Of a DNA stretch of 64,000 nucleotides, positions 45,569 through 55,240 are shown piece after piece (position 1 is the stretch's first letter; every line of letters begins with the position of its first letter). Source of the stretch: Candidatus Atabeyarchaeum deiterrae (GTDB taxonomy: Archaea; Asgardarchaeota; Atabeyarchaeia; Atabeyarchaeales; Atabeyarchaeaceae); NCBI GenBank assembly GCA_037310415.1, contig CP147780.1, forward strand, positions 2,016,001 to 2,080,000, written 5' to 3'. The position numbers and the translations under genes were made by a program. Below the pieces are notes generated by a model that was not told where the DNA came from, did not search any database, and saw nothing but the letters and a program-made list of their open reading frames with translations.

Positions 45569-47185
45569 CTAAGCAATTACGAACGAATAGGTACCTGGCG
45601 AAAGGGTCAATAGGAGTTGACTGCCATTCTGGCTCCAGTTCGTGTAAGCGCCCTGAGCGGTGTAGACACCTTGAACGCCTGGAAAGTTGTCGAATGTCAG
45701 AACTTCCGTATTGTGGGTCTCAACTGTTAGAATTAACGCACCTCTTGCCTGGTCGTAATATGCTTGGTAGATGAACAACCCGTCAGTTGTGGATTGGTTT
45801 GAGATATACGGTGCATTCGTGAAGAAGGCGTTCGGTCGCGGGTTCATGAGACTCGTGAGATTAGAGTAGGCGTGAGACCATGCCCATGCGAAGTTTATGA
45901 CCGGATAGGCAATAGAGCTGAGGCTACCCAGTGAACTCGTATCGAACGAATACTTGTAGCCATTCCACCTGCCTTCGAAGGGACCGTAGAACCAGTTCTC
46001 CAGCTTCCTGAACAACGCCGCGTCACCCATCTCACTGGCACAGAAGTAGGCAAATACGTTGCCCACGAAGTCCAACACTCCAAATTCATTAGGAGCATGA
46101 TATGAGTCCACAACATAGGCGGTATCCCCAGTGCTGTAATGCACAAAGTCGTTCTTGAAATTTCCATAAAGGGTGCTGGCAAGCGTTGTGTATCCCATTG
46201 CATTGTAGAGCATCGTTATCCACGCGGAGCCATAGGCGGATACCTTTGGATAGGGCGTATTGCTAGTTCTTGAAACCCCAGGGAAGGTTGGCGGCAAATT
46301 AGCAGGGCTTCTATGAATCCCTACCGGTTCTGCTACGTAGTATCCATCTATTGGGACTCCGCTTGGGTCGATCATGTTTGTTTGCCACCAAGCGATGCCA
46401 GGTAAGCTTGACTGTTGATATGTTGTGCTGTGGAGCTTGTCATATAGCCGCATCGCGTAGAACGGAATACTGTTGCATTGGACGAAGACAATATATGGTT
46501 CGCATGGAATGAGTCCAGTTTCCCATCTGCCCAGTCCATTTGAGGGTGTTCCGTTCCATGTGGTGGTTGCTGTGAGGGATGAGTTCCAGTCATTCATGTA
46601 GAATGAGATCTCGTTATTGTAGCGATTGTCGCGGAAAAGGCTGTAGTACAGGAGTTCCATGAGTGCATAGTGACCTGTCCACATTATGTTTGTCGGACCT
46701 CTGTAACCATTTCCAAGGCTCGCGTAATGTGGGTCCGTGAAATTCTCCTCGATCCATTCGATTTGCTCCATCTCTGAGCTGTTCATCATAGCGATTAGCT
46801 TGTGGAATATGTCCGTGTAATAGTTGGTTCGATAACCTGGCGTGGAATCGGCGATCTTCGCCATCCCATATGTGGTGAAAGCTAGGAAATACTGAGTTAG
46901 GATCTCTGGCAGCATGCTCAGATCATTGACACTAGCATTTGACAGATCAGTGACCTTGTAATAATCGCGAAACAGGTTCACTAGCCCAATGACGCGGCGA
47001 TCGAGCACGGGATATGCGCTTAAAACAAAAACCCCTTTCGACGGGACATTTATCGAGCCCAGTTGGGGATTAGGATACTGAGTAGGGGCGAGCAGGAACG
47101 TGGAGCCGCCGACTACTATAGTCATTATTAGAAACGCTGTGAATAGCTTGTTCTTCCAAACCAGACCGCCGACACGTTTAGCCAA
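45569..47185 (-). CDS. Membrane-anchored linalool dehydratase-isomerase homologue
   Basis: NIMWTGH.ALM..LY, IPCEP..VFVQCNS....LYDKLH.T.Y and VSAY.SAW match LinD/Ldi blocks as recalled, including both catalytic Cys; N-terminal TM. Confidence 0.8.
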   Translation of the reverse strand: MAKRVGGLVWKNKLFTAFLIMTIVVGGSTFLLAPTQYPNPQLGSINVPSKGVFVLSAYPVLDRRVIGLVNLFRDYYKVTDLSNASVNDLSMLPEILTQYFLAFTTYGMAKIADSTPGYRTNYYTDIFHKLIAMMNSSEMEQIEWIEENFTDPHYASLGNGYRGPTNIMWTGHYALMELLYYSLFRDNRYNNEISFYMNDWNSSLTATTTWNGTPSNGLGRWETGLIPCEPYIVFVQCNSIPFYAMRLYDKLHSTTYQQSSLPGIAWWQTNMIDPSGVPIDGYYVAEPVGIHRSPANLPPTFPGVSRTSNTPYPKVSAYGSAWITMLYNAMGYTTLASTLYGNFKNDFVHYSTGDTAYVVDSYHAPNEFGVLDFVGNVFAYFCASEMGDAALFRKLENWFYGPFEGRWNGYKYSFDTSSLGSLSSIAYPVINFAWAWSHAYSNLTSLMNPRPNAFFTNAPYISNQSTTDGLFIYQAYYDQARGALILTVETHNTEVLTFDNFPGVQGVYTAQGAYTNWSQNGSQLLLTLSPGTYSFVIA

Positions 47186-47536
47186 TAGACCTCACCAAAC
47201 AGTCCTAATAGTCTCATTCAACTTGCTTTTGTAGTTAGCGGTCGCATCGGAAGAACCCTGGCGGATAAATAGCATCAACTTCATTTGGCGTCGAACAGGA
47301 AAACGGAAAGTGCAGGATAGGTTATCCATGAAAAGCCGACTCTCATGTGTCCATGCCGTGAACTGGAAATTCCAGTGCGTCCTGCATCTGAGCATTATAG
47401 ACCCTTCAGCTTGAAATTCATTCAAGTGCATCTGGGCGGATTCCCGAAGATGGCAAGGATTATATATGCGATCGACATCGCCTCTTTCAAAGCATGAAAC
47501 ACCATGAGATTCTGCATGCTAGAAAAAGGGGATCAC

Positions 47537-48148
47537 ATGTCAAAGAAAAAATGGGCATTGGTTGGCTTCACTATAGGCTTGATCGCTTTCTCAGGAGTCT
47601 TCTCATGGTTCATGTTCTTCAGACACCCTTGGGTTTCGCCTCTAGGTGTGAACCCTGCCATTGGTCTGCCGCTCTACGATTACTCCTACAACAACAAAAT
47701 CGCGGGATTCGGACAAATCACGCCAACCTACTATCATAACGGCTTTGATTTCGCGGTGAACGCAAGTACCACGTTCGTTGCTGCTCACGAGGCTTACGTT
47801 GACGGAATCAGAACTTGGTACAATGACAAGGGGGGGCACTGGCAGACGAATGTTGAACTATGGATTAATCCGCAGTGGACGATCGAGATGGCTTTTGAGT
47901 CCTGGGCCCTGAACGAGACGTACGCGAATCTTCAGGCAGGCCAGATCTTGGTGAGTGTGGGGGAGCACGTTATGACCAATCAGAGTATTGGGATCTTGCA
48001 GCACTTTGGAGACGGTTCCCATGTTCATTTCGGCGTAGGAACGTGGGGTAACTACATCTGCCCTTATGACGCGTTCACAGCCTCTGCTAGGGCGACCTTT
48101 GTGACTCAGTTTTACAAGGTCAACACGACAACCGACTGGCGCATGTAG
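47537..48148 (+). CDS. Membrane-anchored M23-family metallopeptidase
   Basis: HNGFD (HxxxD), VSVGEHV..NQSIG, HVHFG (HxH); N-terminal TM. Confidence 0.7.
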   Translation: MSKKKWALVGFTIGLIAFSGVFSWFMFFRHPWVSPLGVNPAIGLPLYDYSYNNKIAGFGQITPTYYHNGFDFAVNASTTFVAAHEAYVDGIRTWYNDKGGHWQTNVELWINPQWTIEMAFESWALNETYANLQAGQILVSVGEHVMTNQSIGILQHFGDGSHVHFGVGTWGNYICPYDAFTASARATFVTQFYKVNTTTDWRM

Positions 48149-48201
48149 AATAGAAGTCGTGCCCCGAGTGACAAGAGTTATGTCTTTCACAATCGATTGG
48201 C

Positions 48202-49650
48202 GTGTCACCACACTATATGCCTTTCATTAGACTGGTTTCAAGGTTGATTAAGTTGAAAAGGAAATTGGAGTTAAAGAGAGCGCTTGGAGCCGGGCTGTCG
48301 ACTGTTTTCGCGGTTGGACTCGTTCTAGGAGCCGGCATTTACAGCGTTATAGCTCAGGCAGTGGGAGGAGCAGGAGGACTCACATGGCTTCCCTTCGCAG
48401 TTCTACCTGCGATTGTGTATTTGTTTATTGGGTTGACTTACGCTGAGTTTGCCTCAATGTACCCTTCGGCAGGATCAGCATACGTGTACGCTAGAGAGGG
48501 GCTCTCAGCAGTTAACAAACGCGCCGGTAGCTTAGTTTCATTCATACTGCTGTTCTCTGGACTCTTTGTGGCTATCCCTCTCGCAGCAGCCGTCGTTGCA
48601 CTTGTGTTCGGGCAGTACCTGAACGAGTTTCTGACTACGCTGGGATTGGGTTTCTCGCCGATATTTTTGGGTGGGGTTCTGACGATCAATCCGCCTGTGC
48701 TTTTTGCCATCATATTGGTGGTCATTCTTACACTGATTAATTGGCTCGGCATAAAGGAGACTGCAGTAGCGATGGTTGTTGGCACGGTAATAGAAATTGC
48801 AGGGCTGATTCTCATCGCGTTTCTCGGTTTCGCGTCAGGCGCTGTGAGCCCAAATTACCTTTCGGCGAGCGGAGCACCAAAGTCTGGATTGATGGGGCTG
48901 ATTACGGCATTCGCCATTGGGTACTTCATGTACAGTGGGCTTGAGCTAACGCCAAGCCTAGCTGAGGAGGCAAAGGAACCTCAGAAGACGGTTCCAAGGG
49001 CGATACTCATTGCCCTTGCCCTAGTGGCAGCGATCTATATGCTGGTCGCTCTGGGCATTGTGCGGCTTCTTCCACTCCCAGTTTTGTCAGGTTCATCTGC
49101 GGCTTTTGTTGATGCGTCTGCAGTCGCACTGGGTCTCTTTACTGCAACCTTGCTCTTCGCTTTTTTTGCGCTCTTTGCGTCGCTGAACACCGTTCTGGCA
49201 GAGCTTGTAACCTCATCAAGACTAATGTACGGAATAGCAAAACAGGGTGCTTTACCTTCAACGCTCGGTAAGATCAGTGAAAGCCGAAGGACACCAACAA
49301 GAGCCATCATCCTGACTGGGACACTTGCCGCGCTCTTCTGCCTGTTCGAGGAAATACAGTTGGTGGTTGAGGGCGCAGTTGTAACGATATGTTGGATAGA
49401 CTTCATAGTGGCCGTCTCTCTCATCGCCTCTAGGAGGCGAGAGCCAAAGCTGAAGAGACCCTTCAAGGTGCCACTCTCGGTGAGACGAGTCCCAATCCCG
49501 ACGCTCATTGCAGCAGTCGTCGTTTTCTTCTTGCCGATACTGCTGCTTCTGGATAACTGGATCACTTGGATACCACTTCTCGTTTCACTTCCTGTCTCTA
49601 TCATTTTCTATGTGGCACTGAATCGGCGAAGGAAAAGAGGTTACCGCTGA
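48202..49650 (+). CDS. APC-family amino acid permease
   Basis: GAGIY, YAEFASMYPSAGSAYVY, AEEAKEPQKTVPRAI, RPFKVP. Confidence 0.92.
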   Translation: MSPHYMPFIRLVSRLIKLKRKLELKRALGAGLSTVFAVGLVLGAGIYSVIAQAVGGAGGLTWLPFAVLPAIVYLFIGLTYAEFASMYPSAGSAYVYAREGLSAVNKRAGSLVSFILLFSGLFVAIPLAAAVVALVFGQYLNEFLTTLGLGFSPIFLGGVLTINPPVLFAIILVVILTLINWLGIKETAVAMVVGTVIEIAGLILIAFLGFASGAVSPNYLSASGAPKSGLMGLITAFAIGYFMYSGLELTPSLAEEAKEPQKTVPRAILIALALVAAIYMLVALGIVRLLPLPVLSGSSAAFVDASAVALGLFTATLLFAFFALFASLNTVLAELVTSSRLMYGIAKQGALPSTLGKISESRRTPTRAIILTGTLAALFCLFEEIQLVVEGAVVTICWIDFIVAVSLIASRRREPKLKRPFKVPLSVRRVPIPTLIAAVVVFFLPILLLLDNWITWIPLLVSLPVSIIFYVALNRRRKRGYR

Positions 49651-49883
49651 GGACGGCCTTTCCAGTTTTCTTTTGTCTCGACTTGACTCTGAGATTCGTC
49701 CCTGAATCCAAAACCGTATGTTACCTTGGCAAGAAGCACTGACCGCTGATCATAAGCAATAGACTTGGGAGGCCAGGGAAACCGGAGAAACTGACAATTC
49801 CAGTCGACAAACCAAGAACCTGCACAACTTTGTCTGACGCGGACAGGTTCTGGTCGATTTATGGGCGTTTTCTGCGAGAATGA

Positions 49884-49898
49884 TTGCGATAATCACAA
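49884..49898. promoter_or_regulatory. Palindrome TTGCGATAATCACAA
   Basis: 13/15 identical to 42170-42184; upstream of the longin-longin-KaiC cluster. Confidence 0.45.
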
Positions 49899-50010
49899 GA
49901 CCTTATTCTCAAAGAGCAATAACCTAAAAACATACTCGACACTATGTTCTAGTCAACGGGGTGTACTCTTCAATCAACAGGATCGGAATTGGACCTCGGG
50001 GGGTAGCAGG

Positions 50011-50682
50011 ATGCAGAAAGAGACACTAGATAAGATACTCTTTGAAGGAGTAGTTGTGGGCCGATTCGACCTAATACTTGGTCCCACTGCTTCGGCAATG
50101 CATCCAGCTGGGTTCTTGACACAAGAAGCCGCGAGAAACGTTGCCGAGGACACAATGTTACTCCTGTCAACTGGCAAACGGGATACCATTTACTCAGTTA
50201 TGTCCTTTGTTGGGATTCAGAAACTTGGTGTTGTGGGAGTCCACCTAAGCCCCGTTGAAAGCGCAATTGGAGTAATAACGGTGTTTAGCGAGAACGCCAG
50301 AGGCGTTATCTGGGAAGCCTATCCCTTACTTCGAAGTCTGATAGCGAAGGATATACAGAATGCTAGGCGTCAGCCAACTGATGTGGCTCTCAGAGTATTT
50401 CGAGAGACAAAAAGAATATGTGAGTGCTCACCTGAGGAAAGAGATCTCTCGAGGCTGATTGAAGCGGTGGAGAATGACATTGAGAAAACCTACTTCGCAT
50501 TCTATTCTCTGAGACACGCTAGTCGTTTAGATAAACCGGACATGATAACACCCGATCGAAGGGTGAGAATTGACAAGCTTGTTGCCATACTTCGGGAATC
50601 TAGAGGCGTTCTGAAAGAGAAAATGCAACTGCTAAAAGAAGAGTCAGATAGCCAGACTGGACCAGTCAATTCTGATGAATAA
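50011..50682 (+). CDS. uDENN/NPRL-type longin-like protein with helical C-terminus
   Basis: GVVVGRFDLILGPT...HP (FDxxxGP signature). Confidence 0.55.
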   Translation: MQKETLDKILFEGVVVGRFDLILGPTASAMHPAGFLTQEAARNVAEDTMLLLSTGKRDTIYSVMSFVGIQKLGVVGVHLSPVESAIGVITVFSENARGVIWEAYPLLRSLIAKDIQNARRQPTDVALRVFRETKRICECSPEERDLSRLIEAVENDIEKTYFAFYSLRHASRLDKPDMITPDRRVRIDKLVAILRESRGVLKEKMQLLKEESDSQTGPVNSDE

Positions 50683-50699
50683 TTGGAAGGTAGCAGCAA

Positions 50700-51401
50700 T
50701 TGTCGGGATGCGCGCCAAACTCAGTTGAATCGGATCACGTTAAAGGGGTATTTGTCTCCAGATTCGACGTAGCATACGGCCCGAAACCAGTTGCAAGATA
50801 TCCACCTGACTTCATCGCAGAAGACCAGTCAAATAGACTAGCCATACATTCCATGGTGCAACTCAATGCATCCAAGGGAAAGCAGGTAATTGTGATGCTC
50901 ACGATTGACGATTTAGAGGCCATAGGGATTGGAACCCTTGGAAAGTTGCCTTCGCTTGCCTTCTACTCTCTAATCATCTTGCTTGGGCTGAACGCACCAG
51001 AGGATGCTTCAGACAAATTGAAGGATGTCTTATCCGTCCTCGTCAGGTCTAACGAGAAGATTCTAAGAGATGGCAGAACCGATGACCTACTCGCTAAAGA
51101 AGTCTATGAGGATTGCTGCAGGCTCTTCGGGCAGGACAATGAACAGAAATCAGCTCATCAAACAGCCTATCCGCCTGAAGTGAGCAATATGGTTGAGAAG
51201 ATGGTTGAAGCCGTGTCATCAGTAGTCAACGAGGATCTATTGGTTTTAGCTTCGACAGACATGCATCTAGTCTGGAACCTGAAGGAATTGGTTGGCAGCC
51301 TGGATCGACTCAGTGTTAACCTCAACTTAACTAATCCTACCATCAGACTGCGTAGTCTGCCACCTGCGTTCAAGAACCTGAAAAGTCCAGAAGAAAAGTG
51401 A
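50700..51401 (+). CDS. uDENN/NPRL-type longin-like protein with helical C-terminus
   Basis: GVFVSRFDVAYGPKPVARYP, then FYSLIIL strand. Confidence 0.6.
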   Translation: MSGCAPNSVESDHVKGVFVSRFDVAYGPKPVARYPPDFIAEDQSNRLAIHSMVQLNASKGKQVIVMLTIDDLEAIGIGTLGKLPSLAFYSLIILLGLNAPEDASDKLKDVLSVLVRSNEKILRDGRTDDLLAKEVYEDCCRLFGQDNEQKSAHQTAYPPEVSNMVEKMVEAVSSVVNEDLLVLASTDMHLVWNLKELVGSLDRLSVNLNLTNPTIRLRSLPPAFKNLKSPEEK

Positions 51402-51562
51402 GGATGATTTATATAAGAATGGTGAATTAAACATGTTAGGTCCAAGTGGAGGGTCGGAGCCGAACAGATCATGCCGTATCGGTCCCCATCAGCAGGGCTA
51501 TATGAGACGCTCAAAAGATGTCAGAAAGCGGATCCTTGATGTCTTATGGGAAGGTGTCTAAT

Positions 51563-52333
51563 ATGAGCACGTCACGAATCGATCTAGTCCATACTGGGAT
51601 AGGACAGCTCGACGAACTCTTGGGGGGTGGTTTCCCCAAAGGAAGATGCGTTCTAGTAACAGGAGGATGCGGTACCGGAAAGAGTACTGTCGGCATCCAA
51701 TTCTTGGTGGAAGGAGCCATCAAGTATGGCGAGAGCGGTATCCTTGTCACCACGGAACAATCGCCGTCCGCAGTCAGATCCGACATGAAGAGTTTCGGCT
51801 GGGATCTGGAAAGCCTTGAGAGGGAACATAAACTTGCGATAGTCGATGTTGCTACCCCGAAATCTAAAGTCTTATACGCTGGTAAAGATGAAGTCACTCG
51901 CCTTATCAACCTGAATACTCTGCTTCTTGCGCTGTCTGAAGTCTCAAAGTCCATCAATGCCCAAAGAGTAGTTGTCGATTCCCTCCCTGGTCTGGAACTC
52001 ATTATCCAAGAGCCTGCTGCAATAAGACATGCTATCCACAGACTAATCGCAACACTGAAGGAGCTTGGCGTTACTTCAATGCTGATCTCAGAAGGTTCAG
52101 GGCATGGGCAGATAAGTCGATACGATGTAGAGGAGTTCATATGCGACGGTGTGATCTTCGTCGAACAGATAAGAGAAAAAGGAAAGTTTGAGCGAGGACT
52201 TACAATCGTCAAGATGAGAGGAGTCAGCCACGAATCCAAAACATGTCCAATGATGATAACGGGACAAGGGATAAGCGTCGTCCCGACAAAAGTAGCATCG
52301 ATGTCGTCAGCATTGGACCACCAATTCAAGTAG
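51563..52333 (+). CDS. Single-domain KaiC-like (RAD55) ATPase
   Basis: TGIGQLDELLGGGFP, GGCGTGKS, TEQS, RVVVDS, DGVI, IVKMRG.SH. Confidence 0.9.
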   Translation: MSTSRIDLVHTGIGQLDELLGGGFPKGRCVLVTGGCGTGKSTVGIQFLVEGAIKYGESGILVTTEQSPSAVRSDMKSFGWDLESLEREHKLAIVDVATPKSKVLYAGKDEVTRLINLNTLLLALSEVSKSINAQRVVVDSLPGLELIIQEPAAIRHAIHRLIATLKELGVTSMLISEGSGHGQISRYDVEEFICDGVIFVEQIREKGKFERGLTIVKMRGVSHESKTCPMMITGQGISVVPTKVASMSSALDHQFK

Positions 52334-52362
52334 TCGCCAATGATCTCAGTACGCCTATTGAA

Positions 52363-52707
52363 TCACAGTTCAGCGACTTCAAATTCGCAGTGTTCGTCAC
52401 CTTTTGCGATGCAGGCAACTTCCTTGAGCACGATATCCGACCCCAGCAGCATTCTTAGAGCCGCCGACGCAGCGCCAGCAACGAACGCGTCAACTGGCTT
52501 CCCGTATGCTCTCAATTCGACTGCAACAGGGGAGTCATAATAATTGAGATGGATGTCTCTCTTTTTGATGTTGAATCTCGGCAATTCGAAGCGTCCTATG
52601 CCCCATAAGTTGATGTAATCGAGTGCTCTCGATAATGCGGCATCCGAAGGTTCAGTATCCACGCTAATTTGTTGTAGCAGCGTTTGCATCACGGCGTTCC
52701 GTGGCAA
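52363..52707 (-). CDS. V4R domain protein (probably 5'-truncated)
   Basis: WGIG, E..CIAKGD.HCEF; no good start or N-terminal part. Confidence 0.65.
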   Translation of the reverse strand: MPRNAVMQTLLQQISVDTEPSDAALSRALDYINLWGIGRFELPRFNIKKRDIHLNYYDSPVAVELRAYGKPVDAFVAGAASAALRMLLGSDIVLKEVACIAKGDEHCEFEVAEL

Positions 52708-52843
52708 TCATGATGATACCGATTGAAAGCGCAGTTGGGACCATTCGACACTGCCGCGTGTTTGACTGTGACGGGACTTCTCTTCTTGTTCTCCACCTTG
52801 TGTGTCTTCTTCGCTTGTGCCTTTTTGGTCTAGTGGAGTCCTT

Positions 52844-53945
52844 TCACATCAAATGGTGGTATGAACCGTTCAGATTATTCACATTCCCTTGCCACCCAGC
52901 GAGCAGGAATCTCACAATGGAGTGTCGATGCTTCGCACTATCTTTCATTTTTCTGAACCAGTATGCAATTAACACAATGAATACTGAAAGGGCGACGTAG
53001 ATCAGGAGAAACGTCTGCAGATCCACCTGCCCCCAGACGAGGTTAATAATGTATTCAATCAGGGCAAGGTGAAGAATATAGATGAGAAGAGAGAACTCAC
53101 CTAGTACTCGGAGTGGTCGATACCCCGAGAATGAAGGTCTACGATCAACTATTGAGAAAAAGATGATGATTACGCCAATTGCTGTTATAGCGTACCCAGT
53201 CGTTGGAGGGTAAAAGAGCTCGCTGTAGCCTGCGCGAGTTAAGAGGCTACCTGGGTAGAGCCACCAAAGAATTGCGCCGATCGACAGAACTGCTACTCCA
53301 ACGAGAAATATCAAATTGCTCCCAAGGGAATGCATTGCATGAGAGTCTCTTTGCTGGCTCCACCTCAACTCGCCGAGATTTACACCTAAGAGAGAGAATG
53401 CCAGCCAAGGAAATACAGGGAACCAGCCGTCGACCAGCCAATGGTTGAATATGCCTGTTTCGTCAACAACGACGACGGTCTGCTGACCTAGTAGGTTGAT
53501 CTCAGTTGGATACGCCGTGTAGCCGAGAACCGTCTGAAGAATCGGCGTCAAGGCGAAAATCAGTATGATGGCGATCCACCTGATTGAACTGTTTAACCGA
53601 AGGAAAAGATATGAAATGGGAAGGGATATTCCGATTAGGTACAATACGTCGAAGGTTGTGAAGGGATAGATATTCCAAATCAGGATGTCAATCAGTGCTC
53701 CAACCGCGACGAGCATTCCCCCTCTAACCATGAAGTATCGCAATCCGTGAGCCCTTGCTCGCGAAGTGAGCACCACCATCATGCCAGATATGAGAGTAAA
53801 TAATGGTGCAGCGAAGGAACCATAAACGCGGAGCAAGAACGGATGAGGTTCAACTAAGACAGAGGCAGCTAGGTTCGGAGCGATCATAGTAAGGACGGCA
53901 ATTCCTCGCAGAATGTCAACGGAAATATCTCGATTACTGACTATA
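52844..53945 (-). CDS. DUF1624/HGSNAT-like membrane acyltransferase
   Basis: Frame extends upstream of the tracked ATG to RDISVDILRGIAVLTMI; AAPLF..ISG, FPVFPW. Start codon uncertain. Confidence 0.75.
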
Positions 53946-54410
53946 GAGTTCTCATCTCCTTATGAGGCAGCGTTGCACTCGAACTAACGCTAGAGGAGGA
54001 ATAGTACAAAGATTCACGGGACCAGTTGTTCACGCTCAACGGTCAACTTCATTCCTTAAGCGGGTCGGTTGGCTCTTGACTGGGAAACCACAGTTAGGAA
54101 ATTTGTCCATTTGCTCACTCACCGTACGGTTCTTCTTGCCTTCCGATCCCGTCAAATGTCGTGAACAGCACCAACTGCTGACGTGACTCTTCCGTTTATT
54201 TAAGTGCTACTAGCCATCCATGATTTTGTGAGGCATTTTCGCGATCCGAAACGGCTCGATTGGGCGCACTAGTGATGGTCTTCTTATGCCCCCATTCTAC
54301 CCTTATAATGCGTGCTGCATCTGCGTGACTCTCCGCAAAGTTAAATATCAAACTCAATAAGTACAGCTAAAGGTCATTTTCACGCTCAATCCACGAGGCC
54401 ATGAACATAG

Positions 54411-55058
54411 ATGAAACCCAGGCTTGTACGCGCACTAGCAGTTCTGACAATATTGCTAGTTCTTTCCGCTACAGTTGCCTCCGCGCTGGCTGCCGATTAT
54501 AGTCAAGTTGGCGTAAGGGAGGGTGACAGCGCAGACTACTCGACAAGCTCGACGGTCTACCCGTACAACCTAACCACGAAGTACCACATATACTTCTACA
54601 GTGTAGCCGGAACCTATGTGACAATCAACGGCTTTTACCTCTTCCCTAATGGCACAGTTCAGGGAACCGAGTTAGTTGCTGGCGATGTGTCCGTCGGACA
54701 GAATCTGATTTACCTGAACGCAATCTGTTCCAACCTGGTAGCTGGCGACCCCATCTATAGTAACGCAACATGGCAGATCAATGAAACAATCACCATGAAC
54801 ATACTTGGAAAACCCAGACTGGTCAACCATGCCAACTTTCTCTTCGTCGGCGCTCCCTACAACGTCTACTGGGACAAAGCCACGGGACTGATGGTTGCGC
54901 AGCAGGCGCATCTCACTCCCACGAGTTGGATCAACTACACTCTGACTTCCACAACGGTCTTTACTGACGTCACAATTCTTGTCTACATTACCATTGGGAG
55001 CTTCGTTGCCATATTTGTCGTCGCAGTTGTCGCGCTCAGCAGACGGAGGAAAAGGTAA
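54411..55058 (+). CDS. Surface protein paralog 6
   Basis: ADYSQVGVREGD, YWDKATGL, TM + RRRKR. Confidence 0.85.
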   Translation: MKPRLVRALAVLTILLVLSATVASALAADYSQVGVREGDSADYSTSSTVYPYNLTTKYHIYFYSVAGTYVTINGFYLFPNGTVQGTELVAGDVSVGQNLIYLNAICSNLVAGDPIYSNATWQINETITMNILGKPRLVNHANFLFVGAPYNVYWDKATGLMVAQQAHLTPTSWINYTLTSTTVFTDVTILVYITIGSFVAIFVVAVVALSRRRKR

Positions 55059-55240
55059 ACTCAAAAGGGTTGGCTCAACTGCTTTCGCTTCCACTCTCCT
55101 TCCTGAACCTAATGTCGCAAAGATTACTTGGCATTCGTCCGTCTGGGCTCCTGAATGAAGATTTATTAGGCATATCGCACGATATGTTAGCAACACATAA
55201 TGTCTGCTGAAACTGAGTAAATGAAGCGAGGAAGACATGT

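Noticed and set aside
51544-52329. 261-aa antisense ORF over the KaiC-like gene
   Set aside because: Codon-register mirror of a conserved gene; no independent evidence.
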